This document shows, one piece after another, positions 9,718 to 20,139 of a stretch of 64,000 nucleotides of DNA. The notes under the pieces were generated by a model. That model was given only the letters and a program-made list of their open reading frames with translations. It was not told the origin of the DNA and ran no database searches. Positions within the stretch are counted from its first letter, which is position 1, and every line of letters begins with the position of its first letter. Source of the DNA: a virus; the IMG/VR virus record IMGVR_UViG_3300030004_000009, positions 96,001 through 160,000 of that record; one strand, 5' to 3'. The position numbers and the translations under genes are program-made.

Positions 9718-10284
9718 TTAATCAATATCGAGTTCAAAATTAATCTCTTCACCTTCTTCTATATCAGCAAGAAAGTCATCGTCATCTAAATCTCCAATTG
9801 TTTCATCTTTTAAAGTGGCTTTACTATCTACATACTCATTGTAATCTTGTTCATCAGTATTTTCAACTTCTTGCCTTATAAGTTGTAAGTATCCTTCTGA
9901 TTTAAGTTTATATTTAAACTCAGCTCCCGGAGCTCCAAGCTGTTCACTGTTCTTACCTTTAACTGATACAGTTAAACCTTTCGTAATTAAATTACCACCT
10001 TTTGGTTCTTTAGCTACAAGTGGATTAAGTAACACAGGTTCTGGATTAAAACGTACACATACACGATCACCAACAATTAAACCCATAAGCCCTAAGACTT
10101 CTTCATTAAGTTGTAATGATGCACCATTATATGTTACTTTATCTGTCACTAAAGCTTCTTTCTTCTTTCGAGGTTTAGAAGCCTTCTTTTCTTTTGGTTT
10201 CTCTACTTGTTCAGTAGCACCATTTACACTAACTTCTGAGACAGCGTTCGTCTCAGGATCAAAATTAAAACTTATTTTTATCAT
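9718..10284 (-). CDS. Hypothetical protein with acidic tail
   Basis: 188-aa ORF in the replication operon. Confidence 0.55.
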   Translation of the reverse strand: MIKISFNFDPETNAVSEVSVNGATEQVEKPKEKKASKPRKKKEALVTDKVTYNGASLQLNEEVLGLMGLIVGDRVCVRFNPEPVLLNPLVAKEPKGGNLITKGLTVSVKGKNSEQLGAPGAEFKYKLKSEGYLQLIRQEVENTDEQDYNEYVDSKATLKDETIGDLDDDDFLADIEEGEEINFELDID

Positions 10285-11874
10285 TTATTCGTTATAAGCG
10301 TTTATAGCATCTACAACAAATTGTAGATCATTTGGTATTAACTGATCTTTAAAACAATCCATAGGAGTTTTTGCAGTAGTAGTACCGTCATTTTGAGTTT
10401 CAAAATAATAACCTACCTTATCAGAATCTTCCTCACGTACTATTTTAGTAAAGAACACATAAGTAAACAAACCTTCAATACTGATCGCATTATCTAGTAA
10501 TTTCATAATTTTTGAATAAGCTTTTCTTGGTGTCGTCAACACACTTATTCTCCAGTGTTTCCACTGGTATGGGTCATATCTTTAAATTCGTTATAATCCT
10601 CCAAATACATCCATTTATAACCGGCAGACTTTTTAAATTTCCCTTGGCAACATCTCATTAAAGAACTTGAGTCAACACTATAAAATCTAGCAGGATCTAT
10701 AATACATTCCCACTCTTTTATAAACTCTAAAGTTTTTAAATCTAATTGTACTACCTTTCTACCTTGATTCTTTACTACTACAGCTCTTATATTAGCTTTA
10801 GCTGTATCTGATTTAGGTATACCTTTTAGTAATTTAGAATGTCTCTCTTTAAATTCATCAGTTCTCTTTTGTCCTCTGTTAGCAGCAGCTCTTTTTTCAA
10901 TACTTTCTGCTGAGAAAACTTGTCCTTTATTGCCATCTCCACCATTAGTTAGATTGGTAAGTCTGAATCCCCAAGCTCTAAATTGAGCTATCCAGTAACT
11001 TTCTAACCATTCCCAATCATCTGTACTCTCTATAGAATCGAGAAGTTCTATTTTAGGGAATAAATCTAATTTGAGTAAAGATTGAATCCAATTACAATTG
11101 TGATTTTTATATCTCTTAACTCTGGCATCAGAAATGTGGTTAGTTAATCTTTGGTTTAACGTACGGGATGTTTTACCGATATATCTGATTTCATTGGTTC
11201 TGGGATCGCTTAGCGTATAGATATTAATCATAACGCAAAGATACGAATTTATCTACTGTTTTGCAAATTTATTTTAACATTTAAATTCACTACTTCCCGT
11301 CAAGGGAATGACCTCCACACACGCCTGGGATTAATCCCTGCTTGGCTCGGTATTGCCATATCCATAGGACTTAGGTTTCACCGAATTAAATAGATACAGG
11401 CAATTACTTACCAATAGTCTTGAACTTTCTTTGTGGATTTAAAACATCGCCAACATTCTCTTCATGACCAAATACAAAAATCTTTAAATCTTCTCTTAAA
11501 TCAGATGCTGTAGATAAGATATTATAGAATTCAGATGCCATCTCAGTAAAACGACCATAGCCTTTATCGTTAATCTTATCCATATTACTAAAGGCCATAA
11601 CATAACCAGCGTCATCTAAGATAACTTGTTTAATATCAGGACGCTTTTGATCAATATACTTCAAGACTTGAACTATATTACCACTTTTAGAAGTATTTAA
11701 AAGATTACCTTTTTCCTTATCTACTGTAAAGGAGTGATAATTCTTCTTATAACCTTTTATTGGAAGTGGTTTCTTTGCAACATTTATAATAAAGGTTTCT
11801 TGTGGATCTAGAGTACGAATACTTGATGACTTGCCTGTTCCTGGAGGCCCAATTACAGCGATTAATTCACTCAT
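10285..11874 (-). CDS. AAA-family (AAA_24/Sak4-like) ATPase, spliced: exon 1 11874-11410, exon 2 10503-10285
   Basis: GPPGTGKS Walker A and ILDD Walker B; splicing restores KTIG|KLLDNAISIEGLFTYVFFT. Confidence 0.85.
10545..11231 (-). CDS. Intron-encoded GIY-YIG homing endonuclease with NUMOD3/NUMOD1-like repeats
   Basis: IYTLSDPR..IRYIGKT..RL..H; LTNLTNGGDG; C-terminal VVQLD...CCQGKFKKSAGYKW. Confidence 0.85.
   Translation of the reverse strand: MINIYTLSDPRTNEIRYIGKTSRTLNQRLTNHISDARVKRYKNHNCNWIQSLLKLDLFPKIELLDSIESTDDWEWLESYWIAQFRAWGFRLTNLTNGGDGNKGQVFSAESIEKRAAANRGQKRTDEFKERHSKLLKGIPKSDTAKANIRAVVVKNQGRKVVQLDLKTLEFIKEWECIIDPARFYSVDSSSLMRCCQGKFKKSAGYKWMYLEDYNEFKDMTHTSGNTGE
11236..11267 (-). 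promoter_or_regulatory. Bacteroidota-type promoter inside the intron, driving the endonuclease
   Basis: TTTG-N20-TATCTTTG, ATG 4 nt downstream. Confidence 0.75.
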
Positions 11875-11932
11875 TTACATTTAACATATTTAATTAACTT
11901 TGTCGATCTTGTCTTTAAGGTTAATCTCTATA

Positions 11933-14027
11933 TTAAAATCTCATTTTAAAATTAACTGGAGTAGGTTTAACTTCTACTTCTTTCTTTGGTGGTTGTAAGT
12001 GAAGGAACTGTTCCATATCATTTTCTTGTAAACTCCTTGGTTCAGGCATTTCACGCCATAGTCCAATACTTCCAAAGAAATTAAGACCTATACTTTTATC
12101 ACTTTCTCCAAGTCTAGCTTTTAGTACTTGAACTGCTCGATAATGATTTTTAAGTATACGTATGTTATAATCTTTATGTGAAGTCATCTTCTCTCTCCAA
12201 GGATGAAATATTGCAAGAACAACTTCTGCGTCTTCTGAAGGTCCACCACTATCTTTAATATCACTAAGTTCTATTTCCTGTCTACTCTCTTTAACACGAA
12301 GCATATTAGCTTGACCTCTATTAATTTGAAGTAAAACTAAAGGTGAATAAGCGCATTTATTCCTAAATCGTAAAAGATATTTTGATGTTAAATCCATAGC
12401 ATCTTTTTTAGTCTGACCCTGTAATAAGTTAATCAAACCTAAGTGATCGACAACAATAAGAACAAGTTCATCCTTTATGTACGGTTCGTACACATCACTG
12501 TATTCACCTTCTATAAATGTACCATGGCTCTTAGAGTACTCACTTAATGAAGCATAGATACCTGATGAAGATACATTCTTGTCTACTATTAGAAGTTGCT
12601 TCTCAAACTGTTCTAGCCAAGGCTCACAACTTTCAACAAGTGCCAAATGTTTATCAGATAAAATTTCCTGTCTTGACATAATCTGCTTATAGCTTAACTC
12701 CACTCCATAAGTCTCAAAGATATGTAGAGATAGTATTTTTGCCATTAATATTTCACCTGTCATTTCAAGAGAGTAGTAAACTACTCTATATCGCATATCA
12801 CCTAAATGATCTGCAATTAGACGATAAACGTAACTATATAACGCTAGTGTTGTTTTACCAGCATTTGTGTTCAATAGAATTCGTTAATTTCTATCTGTTA
12901 TTTTATAACTACTATATATCACTATATAGATCAGACTATATCTTCATCTTTCGATGTCCCCCGTTTCGAATCACTTGATTCTACGCTTTTCAGCTAGTCG
13001 TTACACCTTCATCTTTCGATGCTTGGCTCGGTATTGTCTCAGCCTTGAGATCGTCCACCGAATTAGAGGGATTTATACTGAGCCTACTTATTTCGTAAAC
13101 TCCTTGATATAATGTCTTCTTTTTAAGAAAGTAATCAAAGGTTGATACACTACAATTAAAATATCTAGCAAACGCAACTCTACTTTCAATTTCTATGGCA
13201 CTATTGTCACGAATATCTCTAACTAATACAGCAGTCATGTTCTTTCTTTTTGGTGCTTTAAACTCACCAACTTTAGACCAGACAAATCCTTTATAAGATT
13301 GAATTCTATCTTGTTTACAAGCTTCATGAATTTTCTTTTCCATATTAGATATATTACCTTCAAATTGCTTAGCTGCATCTGTTACCGCATCCCAAATTTT
13401 ATAAGTTGTACCATCTAAGTTAAACTGCCATACTTTAGTAATCGCAGTTCTCTTAATTTCACCACTCTTATATTTAGCTTTGAGAGTATCAGATATTTTA
13501 ACTTTCATTTCTTCAGTGATCTCACAATCAATAACATTTTGAACTACGTTAAATTCTGGTTTAAGTTTATTAATCCAGTGTTGTTCTCTTTCAAAACGTT
13601 CATCCTCCTCACAATACTCCATAATTTCTATAATGAATGATTCTTCACCATATTTATTAAAAGAGTTCTGTAAGTTTTTATTGTCATGTGTATTACTTTT
13701 TAGATCTGACTTATGTCTGTGTAATCTATAATATATTGATTTTGAAGAACCAATATATCTTTTACCATTGTTTTTGCAGGTTATTTTATAAACACCTGCT
13801 TTTCTTTCTGTACTTATGTCTATTTGCATAGACAAAGATACGAATAATTATTGGAATTTGCAAATTTATTTTGAATTTAACCCAGTACCTCCGCAAATTA
13901 TAGAATATGTCTGACGTTGTATTCCATCCATTAAAGCCTCAAGACGAGGCAAACCCATTGATAAACCTTTATTTAGGCCAAGTATTCCACGCTTGACCAT
14001 ATTGTACATACGTTTTATAAAACTCAT
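11933..14027 (-). CDS. DnaB-like replicative helicase, spliced: exon 1 14027-13880, exon 2 12861-11933
   Basis: Unlisted exon 1 MSFIKRMY...YSIICGGTG; splicing T+CT gives Walker A GGTGSGKTT; YYSLEM, VDHL, LQINR and DSGGPSEDA motifs. Confidence 0.88.
12990..13829 (-). CDS. Intron-encoded GIY-YIG homing endonuclease
   Basis: GVYKITC...YIGSSKSIYYRL..H...LQNSFNKYGE; ATG at 13829 preferred over TTG at 13835. Confidence 0.85.
   Translation of the reverse strand: MQIDISTERKAGVYKITCKNNGKRYIGSSKSIYYRLHRHKSDLKSNTHDNKNLQNSFNKYGEESFIIEIMEYCEEDERFEREQHWINKLKPEFNVVQNVIDCEITEEMKVKISDTLKAKYKSGEIKRTAITKVWQFNLDGTTYKIWDAVTDAAKQFEGNISNMEKKIHEACKQDRIQSYKGFVWSKVGEFKAPKRKNMTAVLVRDIRDNSAIEIESRVAFARYFNCSVSTFDYFLKKKTLYQGVYEISRLSINPSNSVDDLKAETIPSQASKDEGVTTS
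13833..13864 (-). promoter_or_regulatory. Bacteroidota-type promoter inside the intron
   Basis: TTTG-N20-TATCTTTG, ATG 3 nt downstream. Confidence 0.75.
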
Positions 14028-14656
14028 TAAATATCCTCTAATGTGTTAACGCGTACAATAAACTTACCAATCTCACCACTCTCCATCATTCTTATATGAT
14101 CTTCCCACTTTCTAGTTATTACATATTCAGGTATCATATAATTGATTAATTCATTCTCTTTAGCCCACTCCAAACTCTCCATAACCTTTTTATGAGTCTC
14201 TGGATCATTTTTAATAGCTTTACCATAAGCAAAGAAGAAGTCTTCAAGTGAAAGGAACCCTCCGCGTGTTATGTTCTTAGCAGGGAGTAATTTGTCAGTA
14301 GAACTCTGTAGAAAGTCACAATATGCATACCACAGTTCTCTTCCTGCTTCTTGACTCTCTTTAAAATAATACTTAATAAAGGTATTATTCCACTCAACTG
14401 CTTCAAGATCAAAGTCTTCACCCTCTTTAGGAATCTTATAGCTTTTAGCTAGAATATTCTTATCTTTTAATATTTGGAGTGTATCTCGTGGTAAGCTCTT
14501 CTTAGCACACTCAGTAAAGTATTTATACATATACTCTGGATGCGGTTCGTCTTCAGTTGCAAGGAATAATAGCTCTATAAAAAGCCACTGTTCTGCATCT
14601 AATCCGTACTTACTCATTATAAGGAGTTTTCTTTCTAACTCAATAGATAACTTCAT
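14027..14656 (-). CDS. Conserved replication-module protein (possible helicase loader/initiator)
   Basis: 209-aa ORF, TAATG-coupled to the helicase; function inferred from position only. Confidence 0.5.
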   Translation of the reverse strand: MKLSIELERKLLIMSKYGLDAEQWLFIELLFLATEDEPHPEYMYKYFTECAKKSLPRDTLQILKDKNILAKSYKIPKEGEDFDLEAVEWNNTFIKYYFKESQEAGRELWYAYCDFLQSSTDKLLPAKNITRGGFLSLEDFFFAYGKAIKNDPETHKKVMESLEWAKENELINYMIPEYVITRKWEDHIRMMESGEIGKFIVRVNTLEDI

Positions 14657-15874
14657 TTAAAATCTAAATAAGAATTGTTTCTCTTTATGTATTTTATCTG
14701 TTATTTCACCTGTTTCTAAGAATTGAGTGAGTTGTGCTTCATTAATAGTTTTATACTTTAAACCACCTGAGCTTTTACGGAACCATTCCTCATCAACGGT
14801 ATTCCGAATTATGAGTTGCCAAAGTTCTGCAATTTGTTCATCTTGCTTCCTAAGTGCTCTACCTACAGCTTGTCGTTTAGTAATAGATGAAGAGTCTCCT
14901 GATAGAATAATAGCTACATTAACACCTCTAATGTCTGCACCAACCGTTAAAGCTTTGCAACTATTTAGTACGCCAGTATGAGCTTCATTAAAAGCTTCCA
15001 TCATTTTCTCCTTTTTCTTCTTCGTTATCTTACCATGATAGATATCACCACAACAAATTTGTTGAGCATGTTCTACTGTTTTAGTAAATGTAATGATTTT
15101 CTTGTCTTTACGAGCATTTATTATCTGATTTGCAACCTCTATTTTCTTAGGGTGGTCATAGATAAAGCTTTTTCTGGCTTTCATTGCTCGTAGAAATCCA
15201 AGACCTGCAATCATCACATCTTTATTCTCCATTCCATGTTCTCTTGCCCATCTAGCTCGGTATTCCCAGTTAGTTGCACAAGCCATTGCATCATTAAAGT
15301 CGAAACCAAAGTAACTAAAATAGTGAAGAAATTTAGTATTCTCTTTATTATATTCTGTTAAGTCTACATCAAGAAATACCTTGTATTGTTGATAATCAGA
15401 AATCCAACCGTTCTTTATGGCTTCTTCTAAAGTAATAGTATCACAAATTGGTGCGTACTTCAACAGTACTTGTTCCTTACCATCTAAACGGTCAATAGTT
15501 CCAGTTAATCCTAAAAGTAACTTATATTTGACTTTCTCAAAGATCTGAACAAACGTATCAGCTGCCATACCATGGATTTCGTCTAGAACCAGTAGATCAT
15601 AAATACTTTCGTTCTTAACTGCTGTATTGATTACAAGTACCTTTACATTACTGCTAAGTTTCCAGTTATTAAGTTGTAACACCCATTGCCCTAAAAGATA
15701 ATCTGTCGGTACTACTACTAAAACTTTATAATTAGGTCTTTGTGTTAATATCCTAGATATAATCTTAAGCGCTACAGTTGTTTTTCCGTACCCGGTCGGA
15801 TAGAGACAGGTACATTTACCACCTCCTTTCTTCCACTTCTCAATTCCAAGTGCCTGACGCTCATCTCTTGTCAA
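14657..15874 (-). CDS. Superfamily 2 (DExH) helicase
   Basis: PTGYGKT, LDEIH, GLTGT, GADI and QAVGRALR motifs. Confidence 0.9.
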   Translation of the reverse strand: MTRDERQALGIEKWKKGGGKCTCLYPTGYGKTTVALKIISRILTQRPNYKVLVVVPTDYLLGQWVLQLNNWKLSSNVKVLVINTAVKNESIYDLLVLDEIHGMAADTFVQIFEKVKYKLLLGLTGTIDRLDGKEQVLLKYAPICDTITLEEAIKNGWISDYQQYKVFLDVDLTEYNKENTKFLHYFSYFGFDFNDAMACATNWEYRARWAREHGMENKDVMIAGLGFLRAMKARKSFIYDHPKKIEVANQIINARKDKKIITFTKTVEHAQQICCGDIYHGKITKKKKEKMMEAFNEAHTGVLNSCKALTVGADIRGVNVAIILSGDSSSITKRQAVGRALRKQDEQIAELWQLIIRNTVDEEWFRKSSGGLKYKTINEAQLTQFLETGEITDKIHKEKQFLFRF

Positions 15875-17865
15875 AACAATAGCTGTTGTCTTGGTTCTAA
15901 CTTTTCTATAATCTCAGTTGCTTGTCTTATATAGTATTCATATTGTATATTATAATCAACCATTGGTTTTTCTTCATACTCGTTAAATAGTGTAACTCCA
16001 TAACCTTTAAGTACACTTTCAGGTTTCTTAACTGTTATGGTGCTATTTGATCTCTCATCGAATTTATCTTTAGTCTTAATTTTATAGAGATAAGCTCCTT
16101 TTTTTGAGACATAGAAGCGGTTAATATGCTGCTGTAACTCTTGGTTATGCATTACTTCGTACTGTTTACCAACCTTCTGAAATATAATGAAATCCCATAT
16201 ATTATCACAACCTAAGATTGTCTGTTTAATTGGTATACCTTTACCAAAGTAATCAATAAGAGCCTTGGGTACTATTAAGCTATCTAAGCCTTTACCAAGT
16301 CTAAGATATGGTATAAAGAACCCTTTAGTTTTAATATACTTATCAATTAATAGAGCGTCTTCTGTAGATTTAACAAAAGTATAATTATACTCTATCCAAT
16401 TAGTTGGATAAGGCCATACTAGTTTGTCTTTAACTTCGAAGTAACCTTTCTTATAGGCTACATAATCATTGACTCCAGTAATTACCATTTTTTCGTATTC
16501 TACAAATTCTAAATCAATCTTAGTTAACTTTTCCCATTCTTTACAAATTTTATAATAAGTGTCGACTTTAGATTTATGTATATATACACTACAACCATCT
16601 GTATTAGATTGTATGACTTCTATACCTGCCAATTCAAGTTTTTCAATAAGTATTGCTAAGAATAGTTGACCATTTACACAAATAGCTGTATTAGCTTCTG
16701 GTGCAAAATAAGGACTATATTCATTACGGAGATTTCCTAATATTGAGTTTAAACTCAATTTCATTGACTTATCCTTAACTTTATTACCACTCTTCTTAGC
16801 TTCAATACGACCATCTCTTAATTTAGACATTACGTGTAAGAAAGCTTCTTTAAATCCTTTAGGACCAAACTCCCATGCTATACAGACTGCTGGGTACATT
16901 GAACTTACATCAAGATCGAGAATAAGCCATTCACCATTATCAGAACTCTTATAAATATTAGGTTGATTTTGAGAATGTAACCCACCAATACCAAATGTAT
17001 GTCTTAATTTTCCACATAAAGCAGTAGTACTCCATTCTTTAATATTAGTTTGACCTTTATCATCAAGTATTAAATTATTAAAATCTTTTAAAACATCTTG
17101 AAATGGTTTTGTCTTAAACTTAATATTAGGAAGTATAAAATCCTTAACAGGTATTGTAGTGAAATTATCCATATAACTATAGAGTTGCTTCTCATTATAG
17201 ATACCTAACTCTTCACATATATACTTACTAAAGATAGCAACTCCTACTGCTACAGGATCCTTCGACAGACAACGAATTTTAAATTCCTTTTGAATATCCA
17301 TTCGTAACTTTATGTCACTTATTAGAAGATGATACAATTCAGCAGTACTATCAATATCATTAAAACAATACTTAATAACATCGTCAATACGATCAACTTC
17401 AATTGGTTTAGACCAATCAATCATCATTTCCTTAACATTTCTAAAACACATAGTTACTTGTAGACTCTTTAAACTAGTTCTAAGATTCTTAGAGCTCATC
17501 ATAGTCATTAAGTCTATATATTTAAAATAGTTAAGAAATGCATATTCATATGCTGCCTGTCCATCATGTCTTACAATCTGAGATGATAGCTTATGTGCAG
17601 CATTAGTTAATAAAGAATAGTCACCTTGTAAGAAGTAAGAAATGTTTTGTATTATCATATTCATAATTGGAGTATCATACATACCACAATTATAACCTAT
17701 AAATGTATACTTATTAGACATAAAGAAATCATACATCTCTTGAAGTTGATTCTTACGCTCACTTATCTCAAATGTTATATTATCTTTTTCACCTATTACT
17801 TTACAGCAACAGATGAAGCAGTTTGAAAAAACTTCCTCATCAAACTCACAAGGTTTACGTGCCAC
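15871..17865 (-). CDS. DNA polymerase, family B
   Basis: Exo motifs FDEEV and GYN..YD; polymerase motifs DVSSMYP, KLSLNSILG and NTDG. Confidence 0.9.
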   Translation of the reverse strand: MARKPCEFDEEVFSNCFICCCKVIGEKDNITFEISERKNQLQEMYDFFMSNKYTFIGYNCGMYDTPIMNMIIQNISYFLQGDYSLLTNAAHKLSSQIVRHDGQAAYEYAFLNYFKYIDLMTMMSSKNLRTSLKSLQVTMCFRNVKEMMIDWSKPIEVDRIDDVIKYCFNDIDSTAELYHLLISDIKLRMDIQKEFKIRCLSKDPVAVGVAIFSKYICEELGIYNEKQLYSYMDNFTTIPVKDFILPNIKFKTKPFQDVLKDFNNLILDDKGQTNIKEWSTTALCGKLRHTFGIGGLHSQNQPNIYKSSDNGEWLILDLDVSSMYPAVCIAWEFGPKGFKEAFLHVMSKLRDGRIEAKKSGNKVKDKSMKLSLNSILGNLRNEYSPYFAPEANTAICVNGQLFLAILIEKLELAGIEVIQSNTDGCSVYIHKSKVDTYYKICKEWEKLTKIDLEFVEYEKMVITGVNDYVAYKKGYFEVKDKLVWPYPTNWIEYNYTFVKSTEDALLIDKYIKTKGFFIPYLRLGKGLDSLIVPKALIDYFGKGIPIKQTILGCDNIWDFIIFQKVGKQYEVMHNQELQQHINRFYVSKKGAYLYKIKTKDKFDERSNSTITVKKPESVLKGYGVTLFNEYEEKPMVDYNIQYEYYIRQATEIIEKLEPRQQLLF

Positions 17866-18729
17866 TTATAAAGTTATACCTTTAAATTCAGCTACTTCTT
17901 TAATCTGTGTTACTCGTTCTTCCCATTGTTGTATGTGAAACATTATATCATCCTCAAGAGCGAATAATATTATATTTCTTAAAGTGCGAAGTTGCTCAGT
18001 TGTAAGTTCATTATAATAACGTGATTTAAGGGTCATCATAGCACGAAGTTGTGTATAACTTAAACCTTTAGCATCGAGTTTAACTCTCATATGATCAACT
18101 ATATTAAGACGTTCACGAATAACCTCAATATAATTACGTTTAATTCTATTACCTCTATCATCAAGATCATATTCTATAAGGTCTTGTTCTTCTTCTTCAT
18201 TTATCTTTAAACCTTGTTTAAGTATAAATGTAAGTGTAATATGAGATTTGTCAAACTTACCTAGACGTTGCATACAACCTTCTTGTACTAACTTTATAGG
18301 TAAATCTTCAAACTGAGAACTCACTTTAATAAAGTCTTTAAGAGTATATTTTTTAACTTGATCATTTGTAATACCACTAAACATAATAGTTTTCTTAATG
18401 TTTTCTAAGATACTATAACGTGATATATTTTGTGATTCTGATTCACGTAGGTAAAGCTCAACCCCACATCTATCTTTCTGTGACTGTACAATATCAAGTA
18501 AAGGGCGTCTTCCAGGATTTTGCCTATCTTGATTGTACAACATAGAGATACAATGTTGATAGAACCGACGAAGTTGTTCCTCTGTTGCATCTGCTAATGC
18601 AACTATTTCTTGTGTAAAGTTCCCAGAAGCATCCTTCTCCTTCTTACCTTTCCAAATGTAATTTTTTGTAAAATAGCTACCTTGTTCAATTGCCATTTCT
18701 AATTTTTCCCCAAAAGCTGTCTCGCTCAT
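17866..18729 (-). CDS. Conserved crAss-like hypothetical protein
   Basis: 287-aa ORF directly upstream of PolB. Confidence 0.6.
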   Translation of the reverse strand: MSETAFGEKLEMAIEQGSYFTKNYIWKGKKEKDASGNFTQEIVALADATEEQLRRFYQHCISMLYNQDRQNPGRRPLLDIVQSQKDRCGVELYLRESESQNISRYSILENIKKTIMFSGITNDQVKKYTLKDFIKVSSQFEDLPIKLVQEGCMQRLGKFDKSHITLTFILKQGLKINEEEEQDLIEYDLDDRGNRIKRNYIEVIRERLNIVDHMRVKLDAKGLSYTQLRAMMTLKSRYYNELTTEQLRTLRNIILFALEDDIMFHIQQWEERVTQIKEVAEFKGITL

Positions 18730-18730
18730 C

Positions 18731-19063
18731 TTATAGTGTATATAATAAAACCTCTCTCAATTTATCTAGTATATCTTTTACATATTTGCTATCAAATTTC
18801 TTCTTAGCAAATTCAATATCATCTGTCCATGATATAGATTCTATATTGTTTATCTTAGCATATGATTTACAACATAGCTTACTGTGTTCTATCTCAACCA
18901 AATTATTGATACCTACATTATCTGTTGACGTTATAGGTACAACTAACCAATCATAAGGTACACCTACTTTATTAGTAAAGATGTGTATACATATGTATGG
19001 TCTTTTCTTTGTTGTGTCATTCTTATCCTTTATGAATAAGAGATTACCGACCTCTGCTTTCAA
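18731..19063 (-). CDS. PemK/MazF-like endoribonuclease
   Basis: KKRPYICI...WLVVPITST signature; TTG start. Confidence 0.65.
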   Translation of the reverse strand: MKAEVGNLLFIKDKNDTTKKRPYICIHIFTNKVGVPYDWLVVPITSTDNVGINNLVEIEHSKLCCKSYAKINNIESISWTDDIEFAKKKFDSKYVKDILDKLREVLLYTL

Positions 19064-19186
19064 TGTTCTTCTCTCCTATTACAGGCAATGAACTGGTTAA
19101 TACTGATGTTTACATTACTCAATGTATTTTATGTATTTTGTTTATCATCATTAAATAAATGTTTAGATTGCTGTTATACAGCTTTA

Positions 19187-19528
19187 TTAAGAAACTTTTA
19201 ATGTATTACTACTAGTTACAAAACCATTAGTTAATACATGTGTAATAGGGACAAAACTCAGAAAGTAAATAGCTGTATAGCTGTACAGTTTATATGTTTG
19301 AGCTTGATTACACCAATAGGTGTCTTTACCTGCTTCAACATACTTATAAGTTACAAATCCTTCTTGCATGGGTATTATTTCTTGACTATTCCAATTAGGA
19401 CACTTAGTCATAGTTATAAATTGATGCTTTCGATTTGTAAATAATAGATCTTCAAATACGTATTTAACATACGATCCTTCATCTAATCTTCCAACTAATC
19501 TTGCTTTAATACACTGTTCTTGTTCCAT
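19187..19528 (-). CDS. Conserved hypothetical protein
   Basis: 113-aa ORF. Confidence 0.55.
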   Translation of the reverse strand: MEQEQCIKARLVGRLDEGSYVKYVFEDLLFTNRKHQFITMTKCPNWNSQEIIPMQEGFVTYKYVEAGKDTYWCNQAQTYKLYSYTAIYFLSFVPITHVLTNGFVTSSNTLKVS

Positions 19529-19782
19529 TCAATCCTCACTCCATTATGTTAGATTAAAAGGTGAAGCTTAACGGAGTAAAAACTCCACCTTAATTGTTAT
19601 CTTAATTTAAAAGCCTTCTGCTTTTGATCCATTTTGTTGCCATGTGAAGAGTATAACAAATTGCTACTATCACAAATATTACTACTAATATAAAGATATA
19701 GAGCATCACTTTAAGTAAGAAGTACACTAATACAGCTAGTACTATAGCTATAATAATCGATAGGAGAATTACTCCTATAGTT

Positions 19783-20139
19783 TTAATTATTTTCATATCT
19801 TGGTTTTAATTTTTGTTTTTCTCTTATTTTGATTATAGCTTCAGGTAGAGAGATCCTACTTAATTCTAATTGTTTACAAACTTCTAGATTCTCTCCAAAA
19901 CATGTACACAAAGCTGCTAAAGTAACTATAACTCCACCAACTTCTTGATAAACTTCACCTACTGGTCTATTGTATACATAATCAACCAGCTTTAATACAG
20001 TTTCTCTAGATAGACCAGTTGATTGTACAAGTTCTATAGCTTCTTCAATGAATCTCTGACCTCTCTCATGTTTATCAAATAGAATCTCTTCTCCAAAACA
20101 CTCTATAACCCAATTGTTAACTTTAGTTTGAAAGCTCAT
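19783..20139 (-). CDS. MazG-like nucleotide pyrophosphohydrolase
   Basis: RFIEEAIEL...QEVGGVIVTLAAL all-alpha NTP-PPase pattern. Confidence 0.6.
   Translation of the reverse strand: MSFQTKVNNWVIECFGEEILFDKHERGQRFIEEAIELVQSTGLSRETVLKLVDYVYNRPVGEVYQEVGGVIVTLAALCTCFGENLEVCKQLELSRISLPEAIIKIREKQKLKPRYENN

Larger units (their letters stand above)
10504..11409 (-). mobile_element. Group I intron (906 nt) in the AAA ATPase gene
   Basis: P1 GGU|AA:UUGCC with U-G pair; AAUUCGGUGAAAC (P), AAUACCGAGCCAAG (Q), GAGGUCA/AAGAUAUGACC (P7); terminal G at 10504; P10 AGUAAUU:AAUUACU. Confidence 0.9.
12862..13879 (-). mobile_element. Group I intron (1018 nt) in the helicase Walker A
   Basis: AAUUCGGUGG, AAUACCGAGCCAAG, GGUGUAACGACUA and AAGAUAUAGUCU core; IGS GGCUCAGUA pairs with exon UACUGGGU; terminal G at 12862. 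Confidence 0.9.

Noticed and set aside
10285-14027. Pseudogenes, frameshifts or inteins as the cause of the split ATPase and helicase
   Set aside because: In-frame stops exclude inteins; group I cores and precise U/G splice sites restore conserved motifs
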